Below, piece after piece: positions 1 to 9,073 of a stretch of DNA of 64,000 bases. Every line of letters starts with the position of its first letter. Within the stretch, counting starts at the first letter, position 1. The notes under the pieces are model-generated. The model saw nothing but the letters and a program-made list of their open reading frames with translations. It had not been told where the DNA came from and ran no database searches. The stretch comes from a virus (Duplodnaviria; Caudoviricetes), in the IMG/VR virus record IMGVR_UViG_3300020576_004709, positions 1 through 64,000 of that record; one strand, written 5' to 3'. Both the position numbers and the translations under genes were made by a program.

Positions 1-276
1 ATCGCCCTGCCCGCGAACTACCTCGCCCCGACACCGCCGCCCGGCTGGATTCTCGCGCAGGTCGAAATCTGCTGCGATGGAGTCCGAAAGTTCAGTCAGA
101 AGATCGGCGACAAGATCGGGCCGCGTCAGGCTGCCGGCATCGTCGAGGACGTCTTCGACAAGAGCCTCAAACTGTTCGCCGTGGCGACCGACGCCGACGG
201 CGTCGATTCCAAATCCTGCGAGTGGGTTCCCAACGCGAACCGGACGGGGAAGCCCGGTTGGAGTGCCTGGAAGTAA
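1..276 (+). CDS. 3' end of a hypothetical protein (starts before the window)
   Basis: Frame 1 is open from base 1 (IALPANYLAPTPPPGWILAQVEICCDG...PGWSAWK) to TAA at 274-276, with GC-rich third positions. Confidence 0.6.
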   Translation: MALPANYLAPTPPPGWILAQVEICCDGVRKFSQKIGDKIGPRQAAGIVEDVFDKSLKLFAVATDADGVDSKSCEWVPNANRTGKPGWSAWK

Positions 277-356
277 ATCCCGCGAATTCCTGTCACGGAT
301 TCGCACCGCCGGTCAAGTAATAGTGTCCGCTTCACACCATCCCAAAGGAATGTCCC

Positions 357-821
357 ATGTCCGCGAAGCCCGAAGTTCAATTCGTCCAGCTCACCCCCGA
401 GCAGATCGCCGGCCTCAAGCGAACCAACACGAGCACGATCATCGCCGGCAACCGCGCCGACCAGTTCACCGGCGCCTTGAACGGCCGTTGGGGTTACTGG
501 TGGCTCCTCGGCAAGGCTGACGCGAGCGCCCCGCACACGTTCCGGCCCGACGGCCGCGCGGTGCCCGGCACGCCGGCCAGCTACCCGACCGGCAAACGGC
601 TCGACGTCCAATCGACGAAGCTGTCCGACGGCCGAACGCTGTTGGTCGGATTCTTTCAGGGGACGAGCCGCGATTCGAGCCGGCGATTCCGCGTCGAAGT
701 CGAGGGCGGGGCGGCGCTGTTCGACACCGGCGACTGCTACGATGCGGGCAACGCGCTCAACTCGCTGGAACACTGGACGGCCGATTTCCTCAAGGCCGAG
801 AACGTGACGATCTTGAAATGA
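357..821 (+). CDS. hypothetical protein (154 aa)
   Basis: AAGGA before ATG, protein-like composition, followed by a terminator. Confidence 0.7.
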   Translation: MSAKPEVQFVQLTPEQIAGLKRTNTSTIIAGNRADQFTGALNGRWGYWWLLGKADASAPHTFRPDGRAVPGTPASYPTGKRLDVQSTKLSDGRTLLVGFFQGTSRDSSRRFRVEVEGGAALFDTGDCYDAGNALNSLEHWTADFLKAENVTILK

Positions 822-893
822 AGGGGTCGGCAACCATAATCACGGCAAGGCCAACATTCACAACCAACGGCGTGTTCGCGGGCCTTACCTGGG

Positions 894-922
894 CGGGCGG
901 GAGTTATCTCCCGCCCGTTTTT
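894..922 (+). terminator. intrinsic terminator
   Basis: CGGGCGGGAG-TTAT-CTCCCGCCCG-TTTTT between convergent genes. Confidence 0.8.
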
Positions 923-930
923 CGTTGCTC

Positions 931-1218
931 CTACACCGGTGCCGGCTCGACGTGCTGAATGACCGCCGTGTACTTCACGCCGGCGGCCGTGAACTCCGCG
1001 TGCGCGTGGCAGAGCAAGTCGGCCTCGCTGCTGTCGCCCTTCTCGTAGGCTTCCTCGTTCCAGTCCTTTTCGGGAATCGGCTCGTGCTTCTCCTTGACCG
1101 TCGTCCGCTGGCGCTTGGCCCACGCGTTGACGACCGCCTTGCCCTCGGCGAGCGAGGATTTGAGATCGAGGGGCAACCGGCTGACGCGGTTGGGCAATTT
1201 CAGGTAGATCGCGAACAT
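931..1218 (-). CDS. hypothetical protein (95 aa, MFAIYLKLPNRV...)
   Basis: Internal ATG of ORF 931..1587 with AGGTGG upstream; the upstream part of that ORF overlaps the ASCH gene. Confidence 0.65.
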   Translation of the reverse strand: MFAIYLKLPNRVSRLPLDLKSSLAEGKAVVNAWAKRQRTTVKEKHEPIPEKDWNEEAYEKGDSSEADLLCHAHAEFTAAGVKYTAVIQHVEPAPV

Positions 1219-1277
1219 GAAAACCACCTTGTAAAATCGAATGGTTAATTGGAACGGATCTGTAAAACGCGGCAGTA

Positions 1278-1817
1278 CTACGCCGCCGCGAGCTTCTCTT
1301 GGACCGCCTCGACGTAGGCGGCGTGGACGTCGGAGATTCCGCCGTTGCCTTTCACCGGGTACGGGATCGGCCTCTTGAACCGCACGGCGTTCGCCAAGAT
1401 CCACGCGAACCGGCCCGGAGCGAAGTTCCCGAGCCACTGGTCGGCCGGCGGCACGGAGGCCATCGCCGATCGACCGTCGTTCGCGTCGAGCATCGTCGCC
1501 CGGTCGCCGTTGAAGACGACTTGCGCGGTCGGCACGCAGCCGATGACGTCGATCGTCCCGACGATCGCGCCGAGCGGGAGCGACCACCCGGCGAGCGCGC
1601 GGTCGTTCCGCTGCTTACCGATGGTGAACCCGGCCTTCTCGACCGACGAGGCGTTCTTGGCCGAGAACCGCATTTGATCCTCGGACCACTTTTTCGAGGC
1701 GACGACGATCAGGCGGCCGCGCCAGAAGATGGGCCAACTCCGCGTCTCGGTGTGCTTGACGCCGCCGACGAGCAGCGAGGCGAAGGGTTGGTAGACCGAA
1801 ATGCACTTCAACTTCAT
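1278..1817 (-). CDS. ASCH domain protein
   Basis: MKLKCISVYQPFASLLVGGVKHTETRSW...RGRLIVVAS...GAIVG...FAPGRFAWIL...PIPYPVKG matches the ASCH/PUA-like pattern. Confidence 0.85.
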   Translation of the reverse strand: MKLKCISVYQPFASLLVGGVKHTETRSWPIFWRGRLIVVASKKWSEDQMRFSAKNASSVEKAGFTIGKQRNDRALAGWSLPLGAIVGTIDVIGCVPTAQVVFNGDRATMLDANDGRSAMASVPPADQWLGNFAPGRFAWILANAVRFKRPIPYPVKGNGGISDVHAAYVEAVQEKLAAA

Positions 1818-1897
1818 CCCGTACACTCCTCTTTCGAGATTGGGATTGCCGGCCGGAATTGGCCGGCGATTCCGTTTTACGATCCCGATAGTTATCT

Positions 1898-2893
1898 TCA
1901 ATCGTAAACCGTTCTCTCGATGGTCCGCTCGCCGACCACCTGTTCGACGGGCGGGCCTTTCAAGGTCTCGACGTATTGGATCGTCTTGACGACTCCCTGT
2001 TCTTGGCGTCCGATCCGACGGTGGGCCAAAACCCCCGAGTTCCGAACTTGCTTGAATTTGAAGTTTTCCGCGAGCGCGGTCACGAATTGCGGGTAGACCG
2101 AGAAGTCGACCGGCAACGCTTCCGGGTTGTGACGGCAGTTCGAGTGCCGGGCAGCAGCGTCGGTTCTCTGGCGGGCCTGAAGGATGTCCAGATAAGAAAG
2201 CCGGAAGGCCAGCGATTCGGCGTCGTTGACGTCTTTGGATTCGGCAGCGTAGATCGGCGTGCGGAGGAAGCCACCGGCATTTGGATCGGACCACGAACGG
2301 CTATCGAATCCGCTGTTGAAGATCAATTGGGGAATGGTGATGTCCGATGTGAAGAAGTACGTCCACGGCCAGTTTTCGTTGTGGGGCAACTGGATCAACC
2401 TCGGCCAGAGCGGAATGCGAACCGCGAGCGGTTGATCGGCGAGGATCGAGCGCATCAGACCATCGATCATGTTCGAGTGTCCGGGGTACGATTGGAACTC
2501 GACCGAGCGGACGAACCCGTAGTAGAACTCGAACCGAACACGGAGTCTCAGGTATTTCTCTTTCGCCCTGCGGTAATCGACCGTGACGTACCGCCCTTCG
2601 CGCGAACTCGACCAAGTCTGGAACGTGTTCCTTCGAATCTCCTCGGCGAACGTCGGCATCAACCTCTCGCCGTTGTCGTTGATGAACTGGTACGTTGCCT
2701 TCGGCATCGTGTGCATCGGCTTTTCGGTCTTGTCGCCGCACGAGAGCTTGATGAACTCGACCGTCGCCCAATCGAGGTCGTTCTCGGCCGAGCCGTCTTC
2801 CAGCCATCCCGCGTAGGCGAGCCGACCGATCTTGTCGAGGGGATTGTCGATCATTTGAGCGTAAAACGCTGTGCGGTCCTGTTCACGCGACAT
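1898..2893 (-). CDS. TIGR02996-domain protein (planctomycete repeat-companion domain)
   Basis: N-terminal FYAQMIDNPLDKIGRLAYAGWLEDG resembles the P.DD..RL.YADWL.E motif; later FYYGFVRSV resembles the FRRGFV motif of this family. Confidence 0.7.
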   Translation of the reverse strand: MSREQDRTAFYAQMIDNPLDKIGRLAYAGWLEDGSAENDLDWATVEFIKLSCGDKTEKPMHTMPKATYQFINDNGERLMPTFAEEIRRNTFQTWSSSREGRYVTVDYRRAKEKYLRLRVRFEFYYGFVRSVEFQSYPGHSNMIDGLMRSILADQPLAVRIPLWPRLIQLPHNENWPWTYFFTSDITIPQLIFNSGFDSRSWSDPNAGGFLRTPIYAAESKDVNDAESLAFRLSYLDILQARQRTDAAARHSNCRHNPEALPVDFSVYPQFVTALAENFKFKQVRNSGVLAHRRIGRQEQGVVKTIQYVETLKGPPVEQVVGERTIERTVYD

Positions 2894-3242
2894 AGGTCGG
2901 CTCCTTCGGGTACCAGGCGTTCATGTGGCGGGCGACGATGATCGCGTGACACGACGGTGTTGCGACCGGCTTCCGGCAATCCCAATCGGCGCACCAGCAC
3001 GCAAAGGGCAACCGGCCGAACTCGGTATCCGCCCGGAGGTCGCGAACGACCCGCGCGAGGTCTGGCAAGGCGATGAACCAGGCGTCGAACTTCTCGGCCC
3101 AATCGGGATCTTCGCGGCGGAATGGGTTGCCGAGTTCGTGGGCGGCAAGTCCCGCCCAGGCACGTCCCAAATAGAGGAACGTGCCGGGCGCGATCGAGTG
3201 CGGCCAGCGGCCGCGCAGGGTGATGACGTGGTAGGCGCTCAA
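2883..3242 (-). CDS. DUF4326-like protein
   Basis: YLGRAW...LGNPF...FACWC...CHAIIVA; TTG start overlaps the upstream TGA. Confidence 0.7.
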   Translation of the reverse strand: MSAYHVITLRGRWPHSIAPGTFLYLGRAWAGLAAHELGNPFRREDPDWAEKFDAWFIALPDLARVVRDLRADTEFGRLPFACWCADWDCRKPVATPSCHAIIVARHMNAWYPKEPTYVA

Positions 3243-3526
3243 CGCCGTGCCCGTTCGTCGAGGGGAGTCGCGTCGGCCATCCGCTTCCGGCGGGCCTTGA
3301 TGTCCAGGACCATCGCCGCGAGGTCGGAACTGTCGTTCTGGACGAAGGCGACGCGGGAGACGGTTGGGACGTCGGTGACTTGGGAACCCTCGACGACCTT
3401 GCCATCGTGGAAGGTGTCCATGTAGAGCGCGCCGCACGAGGCGCACCAGAAGTTCCGACGTGTGCTCGCGCCGGTCTCGACGTGGCCGATTCCTTGAAGC
3501 GTGCAGTTGCAGACGGTACAGGGCAT
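3239..3526 (-). CDS. zinc-ribbon hypothetical protein
   Basis: MPCTVC...WCASCG, two CxxC pairs; AAGGAG upstream. Confidence 0.65.
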   Translation of the reverse strand: MPCTVCNCTLQGIGHVETGASTRRNFWCASCGALYMDTFHDGKVVEGSQVTDVPTVSRVAFVQNDSSDLAAMVLDIKARRKRMADATPLDERARR

Positions 3527-3546
3527 GGCCCAATTCTCCTTGCGGT

Positions 3547-4968
3547 TCAGGTGAAAGAATCGAACAGCGTCGGCGCGGCGGCGATGCAGGACGGGTTGAA
3601 CCAAATCCGTTCCCGCTTCGCGTTCTCCGATTTCCCCTTGTTGCCCTTGCGCTGGTTGCCGTAGCCCCCGGACGCTTCCCAGGATTCGCACGTCCAGCCG
3701 AGGTCGACGAGCGATTCGTAGCCGTCGCCTTCGTAGCCACAGACCGCGATTCGGATGTCGGGGTTCTCGCCGTGGCGGACGCACCAGTCCCGAACTTCGT
3801 CCCGGAGTTTGTCGAGGTCGCTGTTCTTGTCGCTCGCGTAGAGGTTCCCGTCGCGGGACTTCTTGCCGCTATTCTCGCTCTTGATCGGGTACGGCGGATC
3901 GAGGAACACGCCGGTCTTGCCGAGCCGTGTGAGAGTCGATTTCGAGTCGCAGACCCGCGACCAGTGGCCGTAGCACGTCCGCACGAGCCGGTGCCGGTCG
4001 GACAACCGCCGCATCCACGCGACGAGCCAGTCCGCGCGGGCCTCGCAGATGCCGTCGATCGTCGAATCGGTGACGTTGCGGAACGACGTGAATCCGGTCC
4101 CGCTCGTCGTCGGCGTCCCGCCCAGGCTCGGCCGGCCTTTGACCAGATCCGGGTGCTGAGGCCCGAGGCCGTTGGTTCCCGAACCGATCCCGTTGAAGGA
4201 AAAGTGCGGCCGCTTTTGCGGCAGATCCGGGCCGGCACCGTTGACGCCGATTCCGCCCGTGTCGCACTTCTGCCCGATGCCGGGCATCTGCCTCTTGAGA
4301 TTTCCACCCCCGTTGACTCCGCGGCCGATGTCGAACGCATCCGCGAGTTGCGGCCGGCCGTTCGCCTCGGCGTCGCCCCGGTTGACGCCGTAGCCGAGTC
4401 CGTCCGTGTTCGCGGCCGGTATCTGCTCGTAGTCGGTCCGCGTCTCGTTGCACCAGCCGCTCGCGATCCAGGTGCATTGGCCCCACACCCACCATCCGGC
4501 GGTCCGCGCGTCGAAGTAGCTCTCCGATTCGGCGATGTGCCGGCGGAACGAGCGGACGTTCCACGCCTCGCCCTTGATGAGCTTGTAGGCTTGTTTCCAA
4601 ACCGCGAGGCCGTGTTCCCACTGCGGGGGCGGGGACGGGCAATCGGGTATCCCCCGCATGAGGAACTTGTGCCGCGCGTGGAGGTCGGCTTCCGATACGG
4701 GTTGATCGGCGTACTTGGCGACGAGGTCGGGGGCCTCCTTCACCGCCCGCCAGAAGTTCACGAGGTAGTGATTGACGTCGTTGACGGTCTCGACCCGGTA
4801 GCCGTTGGCGAAGTGGTCGGGCGGCCGCCGCAGCAGGACCGCGAGCGAGCCGGCGAACGGCTCGACGTAGTTGTCCACGTTGCCGAAACGGTCCCACACC
4901 ATGTCGGCCACGCGACCTTTACCCCCTGCGTAGGGGAAAGGCGCCTTGAGATCGGGGGCAACGGTCAT
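3547..4968 (-). CDS. DNA adenine methyltransferase (D12/Dam class)
   Basis: PFPYAGGK, YVEPFAGS, ETVND and VFLDPPY motifs. Confidence 0.9.
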   Translation of the reverse strand: MTVAPDLKAPFPYAGGKGRVADMVWDRFGNVDNYVEPFAGSLAVLLRRPPDHFANGYRVETVNDVNHYLVNFWRAVKEAPDLVAKYADQPVSEADLHARHKFLMRGIPDCPSPPPQWEHGLAVWKQAYKLIKGEAWNVRSFRRHIAESESYFDARTAGWWVWGQCTWIASGWCNETRTDYEQIPAANTDGLGYGVNRGDAEANGRPQLADAFDIGRGVNGGGNLKRQMPGIGQKCDTGGIGVNGAGPDLPQKRPHFSFNGIGSGTNGLGPQHPDLVKGRPSLGGTPTTSGTGFTSFRNVTDSTIDGICEARADWLVAWMRRLSDRHRLVRTCYGHWSRVCDSKSTLTRLGKTGVFLDPPYPIKSENSGKKSRDGNLYASDKNSDLDKLRDEVRDWCVRHGENPDIRIAVCGYEGDGYESLVDLGWTCESWEASGGYGNQRKGNKGKSENAKRERIWFNPSCIAAAPTLFDSFT

Positions 4969-5291
4969 CGCGCTCGTTCCGGGTTGTGGTGTTGGAAGTC
5001 GTCCTCGGTCATCACGCCGAACTGGATGAGGCGGTCGCCCCACAGCCGGAGCCGCCGGCGGTGGAGGTCGTGAAGCTCGGCCAGGGCCAGGCGTCCGAGC
5101 GACCGCCGATTGAACGGCATGTCGCGGATGAAGTCTTCGAGCATCCGGTTCGCGTCCCAATAGCGTTCGAACGCCGTCCTCTTGGCGAGTTCGACCCACT
5201 TGCGGTGGAACTCGGGGTTGTTCCGGCCGAGCGCGACGAGTTCCTCGGGCCGCAGCGACCGCAGTTTCTTGTACAGCTCGCTTTCCGTCAT
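4965..5291 (-). CDS. hypothetical protein (108 aa)
   Basis: 4-nt overlaps with both neighbours (coupled operon). Confidence 0.65.
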   Translation of the reverse strand: MTESELYKKLRSLRPEELVALGRNNPEFHRKWVELAKRTAFERYWDANRMLEDFIRDMPFNRRSLGRLALAELHDLHRRRLRLWGDRLIQFGVMTEDDFQHHNPERAR

Positions 5292-5617
5292 CGGAACAAC
5301 CTCCCGTCGCGGTGCGCTTCTTCGAGGTCGCGGTCGGTGCGCGTCTTGCGAATCTCGAAGAACTTACCGAACTGCTCGGGGAACTCGGCCATCAGCTTCC
5401 GGGCCAGCGGCGCGGCCCAATCGTTGTTCACCGCGAATTCGTAGTTTCGCTTCTGAATCATTTCGTGCCAGCGAATGTGGTGGAGGATCGCGTCGGCCGA
5501 GTACCGGCTAATTCCGCTGTCCCGCGCCTCCCAGGCGAACCGGCGGAACGCCTCGTAGAGTTCGGGGTGCTCGCGGTGGTAGATGTCGAAGCGGGCATCG
5601 GGAGTGAGCGTCGTCAT
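5288..5617 (-). CDS. conserved phage hypothetical protein (109 aa)
   Basis: H.E.P..Y..F..FA...S..AI..IRW...F..NN..ARK.M..P..FF..R pattern typical of a small phage family. Confidence 0.7.
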   Translation of the reverse strand: MTTLTPDARFDIYHREHPELYEAFRRFAWEARDSGISRYSADAILHHIRWHEMIQKRNYEFAVNNDWAAPLARKLMAEFPEQFGKFFEIRKTRTDRDLEEAHRDGRLFR

Positions 5618-5620
5618 GGC

Positions 5621-6664
5621 TCATACCTCGGGGAACTGGCTCCACTCCTTCATATCCAAGATCCGACCGGCCCGTTTCTTGTCGACGTACTTCAAGGTGA
5701 TGCAGTCGGCGTTCTCGTCGGTCGGAGCCGGATTGAGGATTGTTCCGGCCGAATTGATATGGATGATTTTGCCATCGGGCAGCTTGCCGAACTCGGCGTG
5801 ACCCGCGTCGATCCACTGCCCCCACTGTTTGAAAAAGAACGGGACGCCGGCGGCGACGCACTGGTCGCGCAGGCTCCTCACCCAATCGCTGTTCATCGGC
5901 CTCGCGTTCGGCCCGCTCTCGCCGCCGACGATTACCCAATGAATCCCGGTCAGGTCGATTGCGCCCAAGTCTGCCAACAGCGGTTCGACGGAGAGGAACC
6001 GGACGCGGGCCTTGATCTCACGAAGCCGGTCGATCCGGTAGAGCGTGTCGCGGTTCTCGACCGACGTGCCGATCCAGACGTTTTTCGGTAGCGCGACGCT
6101 CCAATGGTCGGGGATCATGCGGCCGACGTTTTCGATCCGCTTCGTCAGCAGGAGGTAATCGAGGTAGTAGGTACTGTCGATCGTTGCGAAGAGTCGATTG
6201 CGAGCGTGCTGCATCGTGAATTTCGAACTGAACTGCGAAGGTCCACCGTCGATCCAGCCGCCGGTGCGACTCAGATAGAGCTTCTCGTGCTTCGCGTTCA
6301 ACATCGAACCCTGCCAATCCTCGAACACGTCGGCCATGCTCGCGCAGAAGACGCGGGCACGGAAACGGCCGAGTTCGCCCGTACCGCTGCACGCCTCGCA
6401 CGGCTCGCCCTTGTCGTCGATGCAGCGACCGGCGCAACCCAGGCAGTGGCCGGTCTTGGCGAGCTTGTCCCATTTGATCGGCTCGGCCCACTTCGATTCC
6501 GAAGCGACAACGCGGTCGCCCTGCGGCCCCCACTTGACGCCGCGCATCTTCGTCGAGAAGTGCGACTCCGCGTAGCAGTTCGCGCACCCAGGAGACACCT
6601 TCGTGCAACCGGTCCACGGGTTGAACGTCGCATCGCACCATTCAATCTTCGTGCTCGAAGCCAC
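5621..6664 (-). CDS. DUF5131 / phage Gp37Gp68 family protein
   Basis: [78 protein letters not shown]; GTG start inferred. Confidence 0.92.
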   Translation of the reverse strand: MASSTKIEWCDATFNPWTGCTKVSPGCANCYAESHFSTKMRGVKWGPQGDRVVASESKWAEPIKWDKLAKTGHCLGCAGRCIDDKGEPCEACSGTGELGRFRARVFCASMADVFEDWQGSMLNAKHEKLYLSRTGGWIDGGPSQFSSKFTMQHARNRLFATIDSTYYLDYLLLTKRIENVGRMIPDHWSVALPKNVWIGTSVENRDTLYRIDRLREIKARVRFLSVEPLLADLGAIDLTGIHWVIVGGESGPNARPMNSDWVRSLRDQCVAAGVPFFFKQWGQWIDAGHAEFGKLPDGKIIHINSAGTILNPAPTDENADCITLKYVDKKRAGRILDMKEWSQFPEV

Positions 6665-6696
6665 GGGACACCATTCCTTTGAGTGAGGGAGTTGAT

Positions 6697-8355
6697 TCAG
6701 TTGAAGAGCGCGGCCGTCGGTTGGATCGGACCCTTCTCGGTGATGAGGCCCATCGTTCGAATCCATCCCAGGTTCGCCCCGTAGCTGCCGCCCTTCGGAT
6801 GAAGGCCGAGGGCCTCGGCCAGTTCGTCGCGGTTCACCGGCTTCCCGATCTCGACGAGCTTTCGAAGGATCTGCTTCTTCGGCTCCTTGTCCAGCGAGTC
6901 GAGGGCCGCGTCCAGGCCCGTCGCCAGCGTCCGGGCCGACGAACGGCCGAGGCCGGTGAGGACGAAGGTATCGAGGTAGCCGTTCTGGCGCAAGTGGCCG
7001 AGGTTCGCGCCGTAGGAACCGCCTTTGGGGTGGATCCCGATCCAGCGGGCGACCATGTCGCGATTCGGCTGTAGGCCGCGGGCTTCGAGCATCAGGACGA
7101 CGTCGAGGATCGTTTGCTGAGGCCCGGTCAGGCCGGCCGATGGAGCGGACGGCGGCGATGCCGCCTTCGGCTGCTGCTGCGCCGGCACCGGCGCGGCCCC
7201 CGTCGCTCGGCGGGGTTCGGGGCGCGAGTCCTGAACCGGCTTGTAGGTGAAGGCCGGCAGAATCGTCTTCCGAAGCTCGGCAACCTCGCCGCCGAGTTTG
7301 GCCATGATCGCCTCGGCCCGCTCGACGATTGCGTGCGTCCGGTCAAGCTGGCCGTTCTTGAGCACCGGCACTTCGACCCGCTTCTCGACTTCCTTCGTTC
7401 CGGCCGGCCGTTCCTTTAACTCTTTCTGCAGCGCGGCGATTGTCTTGCGGAGTTCTTTGGGATCGTCGGCCTTCGCCTTCTCGACCGTGTCGCGGATCTG
7501 GTTGCCGAGCGCCGCGAGGTCCAACTTGGCCAGGCTCTTCGGTGCCCGCTTGGCCTCGCCCGGCTTCGGCGTGGCGCTGGAGTCGAACGTGTGCCGACGG
7601 CGTACCGCGACCCGCTCGAAAATGTCGCCCCACCCCGGAGACCACACCCAGGCGGTTCCCACCGGCAGCGACGGCAGCGACTTGACCATGTCGGCGGCCG
7701 TGCGTTCGTCGGCCTGCACGTTCACCCACTCCATCACCGCGTTGATGTCGCGCGGGTGGACGAGCCGCATGGCGACGAGCGTCTCGCACTGAGTCAGGAC
7801 GTTCTTGTTGAGCACCGCCGGCCGCTGCGTGATGAGCGAACAGCCGATCCCGCGAATCCGGCCCCGCCGCACGATGTCTTCCATCGCGCCCAGGAGCCGG
7901 GCTTCCTCGCCGCCGTAGTTGCGGCCCTGCGGCGCGAACGAATCGGCCTCGTCCACGAACAGGTGCAACGCCTCGCGGTTGAGCCGGTACAACGTCTCGC
8001 AGAACGGGACCATGAACCGGTACATCTGAGCCTTGCGGAACAGGGACAGGTCGACCACGCACGAGAAGCGGTTCTCCGTGATCGCCCGCGCCACCACTTC
8101 GCCGGCGGACTCTTCGAGGGGCACGTCCGCGTGCTCGCCGCCGAGTATGGCGATCGAGTGCCCGGAACGCAAGCCCCACCAAGCGCCGGTCGGGTCGATG
8201 GCCACGATCTGCTGCTTCTGCGCGAGCATTTCTTCGGCCATCACCGATGCCGTCTGCGTCTTGCCCGATCCCCGCTTGCCGAGGACGGCGAAGCTGTTCG
8301 TCACCGCCTCGGCCGGCAGCGCGAACGACGGCGATAGTTGAAGTCCGGCGCTCAT
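6697..8355 (-). CDS. HerA/FtsK-family P-loop ATPase (DUF87/DUF853-like) with duplicated C-terminal winged-helix-like units
   Basis: Walker A GKRGSGKT, Walker B LFVDEA, GRIRGIG, ITQRPA; [12 protein letters not shown] occurs twice near the C-terminus. Confidence 0.85.
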   Translation of the reverse strand: MSAGLQLSPSFALPAEAVTNSFAVLGKRGSGKTQTASVMAEEMLAQKQQIVAIDPTGAWWGLRSGHSIAILGGEHADVPLEESAGEVVARAITENRFSCVVDLSLFRKAQMYRFMVPFCETLYRLNREALHLFVDEADSFAPQGRNYGGEEARLLGAMEDIVRRGRIRGIGCSLITQRPAVLNKNVLTQCETLVAMRLVHPRDINAVMEWVNVQADERTAADMVKSLPSLPVGTAWVWSPGWGDIFERVAVRRRHTFDSSATPKPGEAKRAPKSLAKLDLAALGNQIRDTVEKAKADDPKELRKTIAALQKELKERPAGTKEVEKRVEVPVLKNGQLDRTHAIVERAEAIMAKLGGEVAELRKTILPAFTYKPVQDSRPEPRRATGAAPVPAQQQPKAASPPSAPSAGLTGPQQTILDVVLMLEARGLQPNRDMVARWIGIHPKGGSYGANLGHLRQNGYLDTFVLTGLGRSSARTLATGLDAALDSLDKEPKKQILRKLVEIGKPVNRDELAEALGLHPKGGSYGANLGWIRTMGLITEKGPIQPTAALFN

Positions 8356-8642
8356 GATTCGTCCCCCTCGTCTTCGCCCTTGCTGTCCCAACAAATCTCC
8401 CCGTTCCAGTCGAGCACGTCGAGGATCTTCACCAGCGATTCGGACGAGATCGGGGTATCGCCCCGGAGGAAGCTGTAGGTCGCGAAGCTGCTCGGCGTCC
8501 CGTTGCAGGCGCGGACGAGGTCGTTCTTGTTCAAGCCGAGTTCCTTGAGCCGCGCGAGGATCGAGTTCCTCAGGCGGGACATGATCGCGGGCACCCGCTT
8601 CTTGTCCTTGCCCCTCGCAATCGCCGTCAGATTCTCGACCAT
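8352..8642 (-). CDS. XRE-like helix-turn-helix protein
   Basis: RLKELGLNKNDLVRAC...YSFLRG...ISSESLVKILDVL. Confidence 0.65.
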   Translation of the reverse strand: MVENLTAIARGKDKKRVPAIMSRLRNSILARLKELGLNKNDLVRACNGTPSSFATYSFLRGDTPISSESLVKILDVLDWNGEICWDSKGEDEGDES

Positions 8643-8644
8643 GA

Positions 8645-9073
8645 TTACACTTCCTCAATGTCAATTCCGTATTCGGCCTTCAACCATTTTCGCTTCATCT
8701 TGTAGGTCGCCGTCGCATAACCCTTAACATCGACGACCACCATTCGACCGTCGCGGATGAAGACGAAATCCGCATAGTATCGGGTTATGATGGTTTTCAC
8801 CCCCGCCGCGTTGACCGCGTGCAGGGGGAAACACCGCTGGCGCTGCAATCCGCTGATCCGTCCCCTCTTCAAGTCTTCGCAGAGTACGAGCCAATGTTGG
8901 TATTCCTTGAGGGAATCGGCCAACTTCTTCGCCCCCGGAGTGCCGTAGGGCACGACGCGGCCATCCGGGAGCGCGTAGACCTTGCGGTTGCCGTGCCGGT
9001 TACGCTGCGGAGCCGGCGAGTTCGTCGGCAGTTTCGGACGGATCTTTCCGAATCTCCGATTCCAAGCGGCCAT
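8645..9073 (-). CDS. DUF1064 family (PD-(D/E)xK-type nuclease-like) protein
   Basis: DS.KE....L....RG.I..L..Q..F.L...Y.ADFVF....VVVDVKG..T..YK.KRK; start uncertain. Confidence 0.8.
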   Translation of the reverse strand: MAAWNRRFGKIRPKLPTNSPAPQRNRHGNRKVYALPDGRVVPYGTPGAKKLADSLKEYQHWLVLCEDLKRGRISGLQRQRCFPLHAVNAAGVKTIITRYYADFVFIRDGRMVVVDVKGYATATYKMKRKWLKAEYGIDIEEV

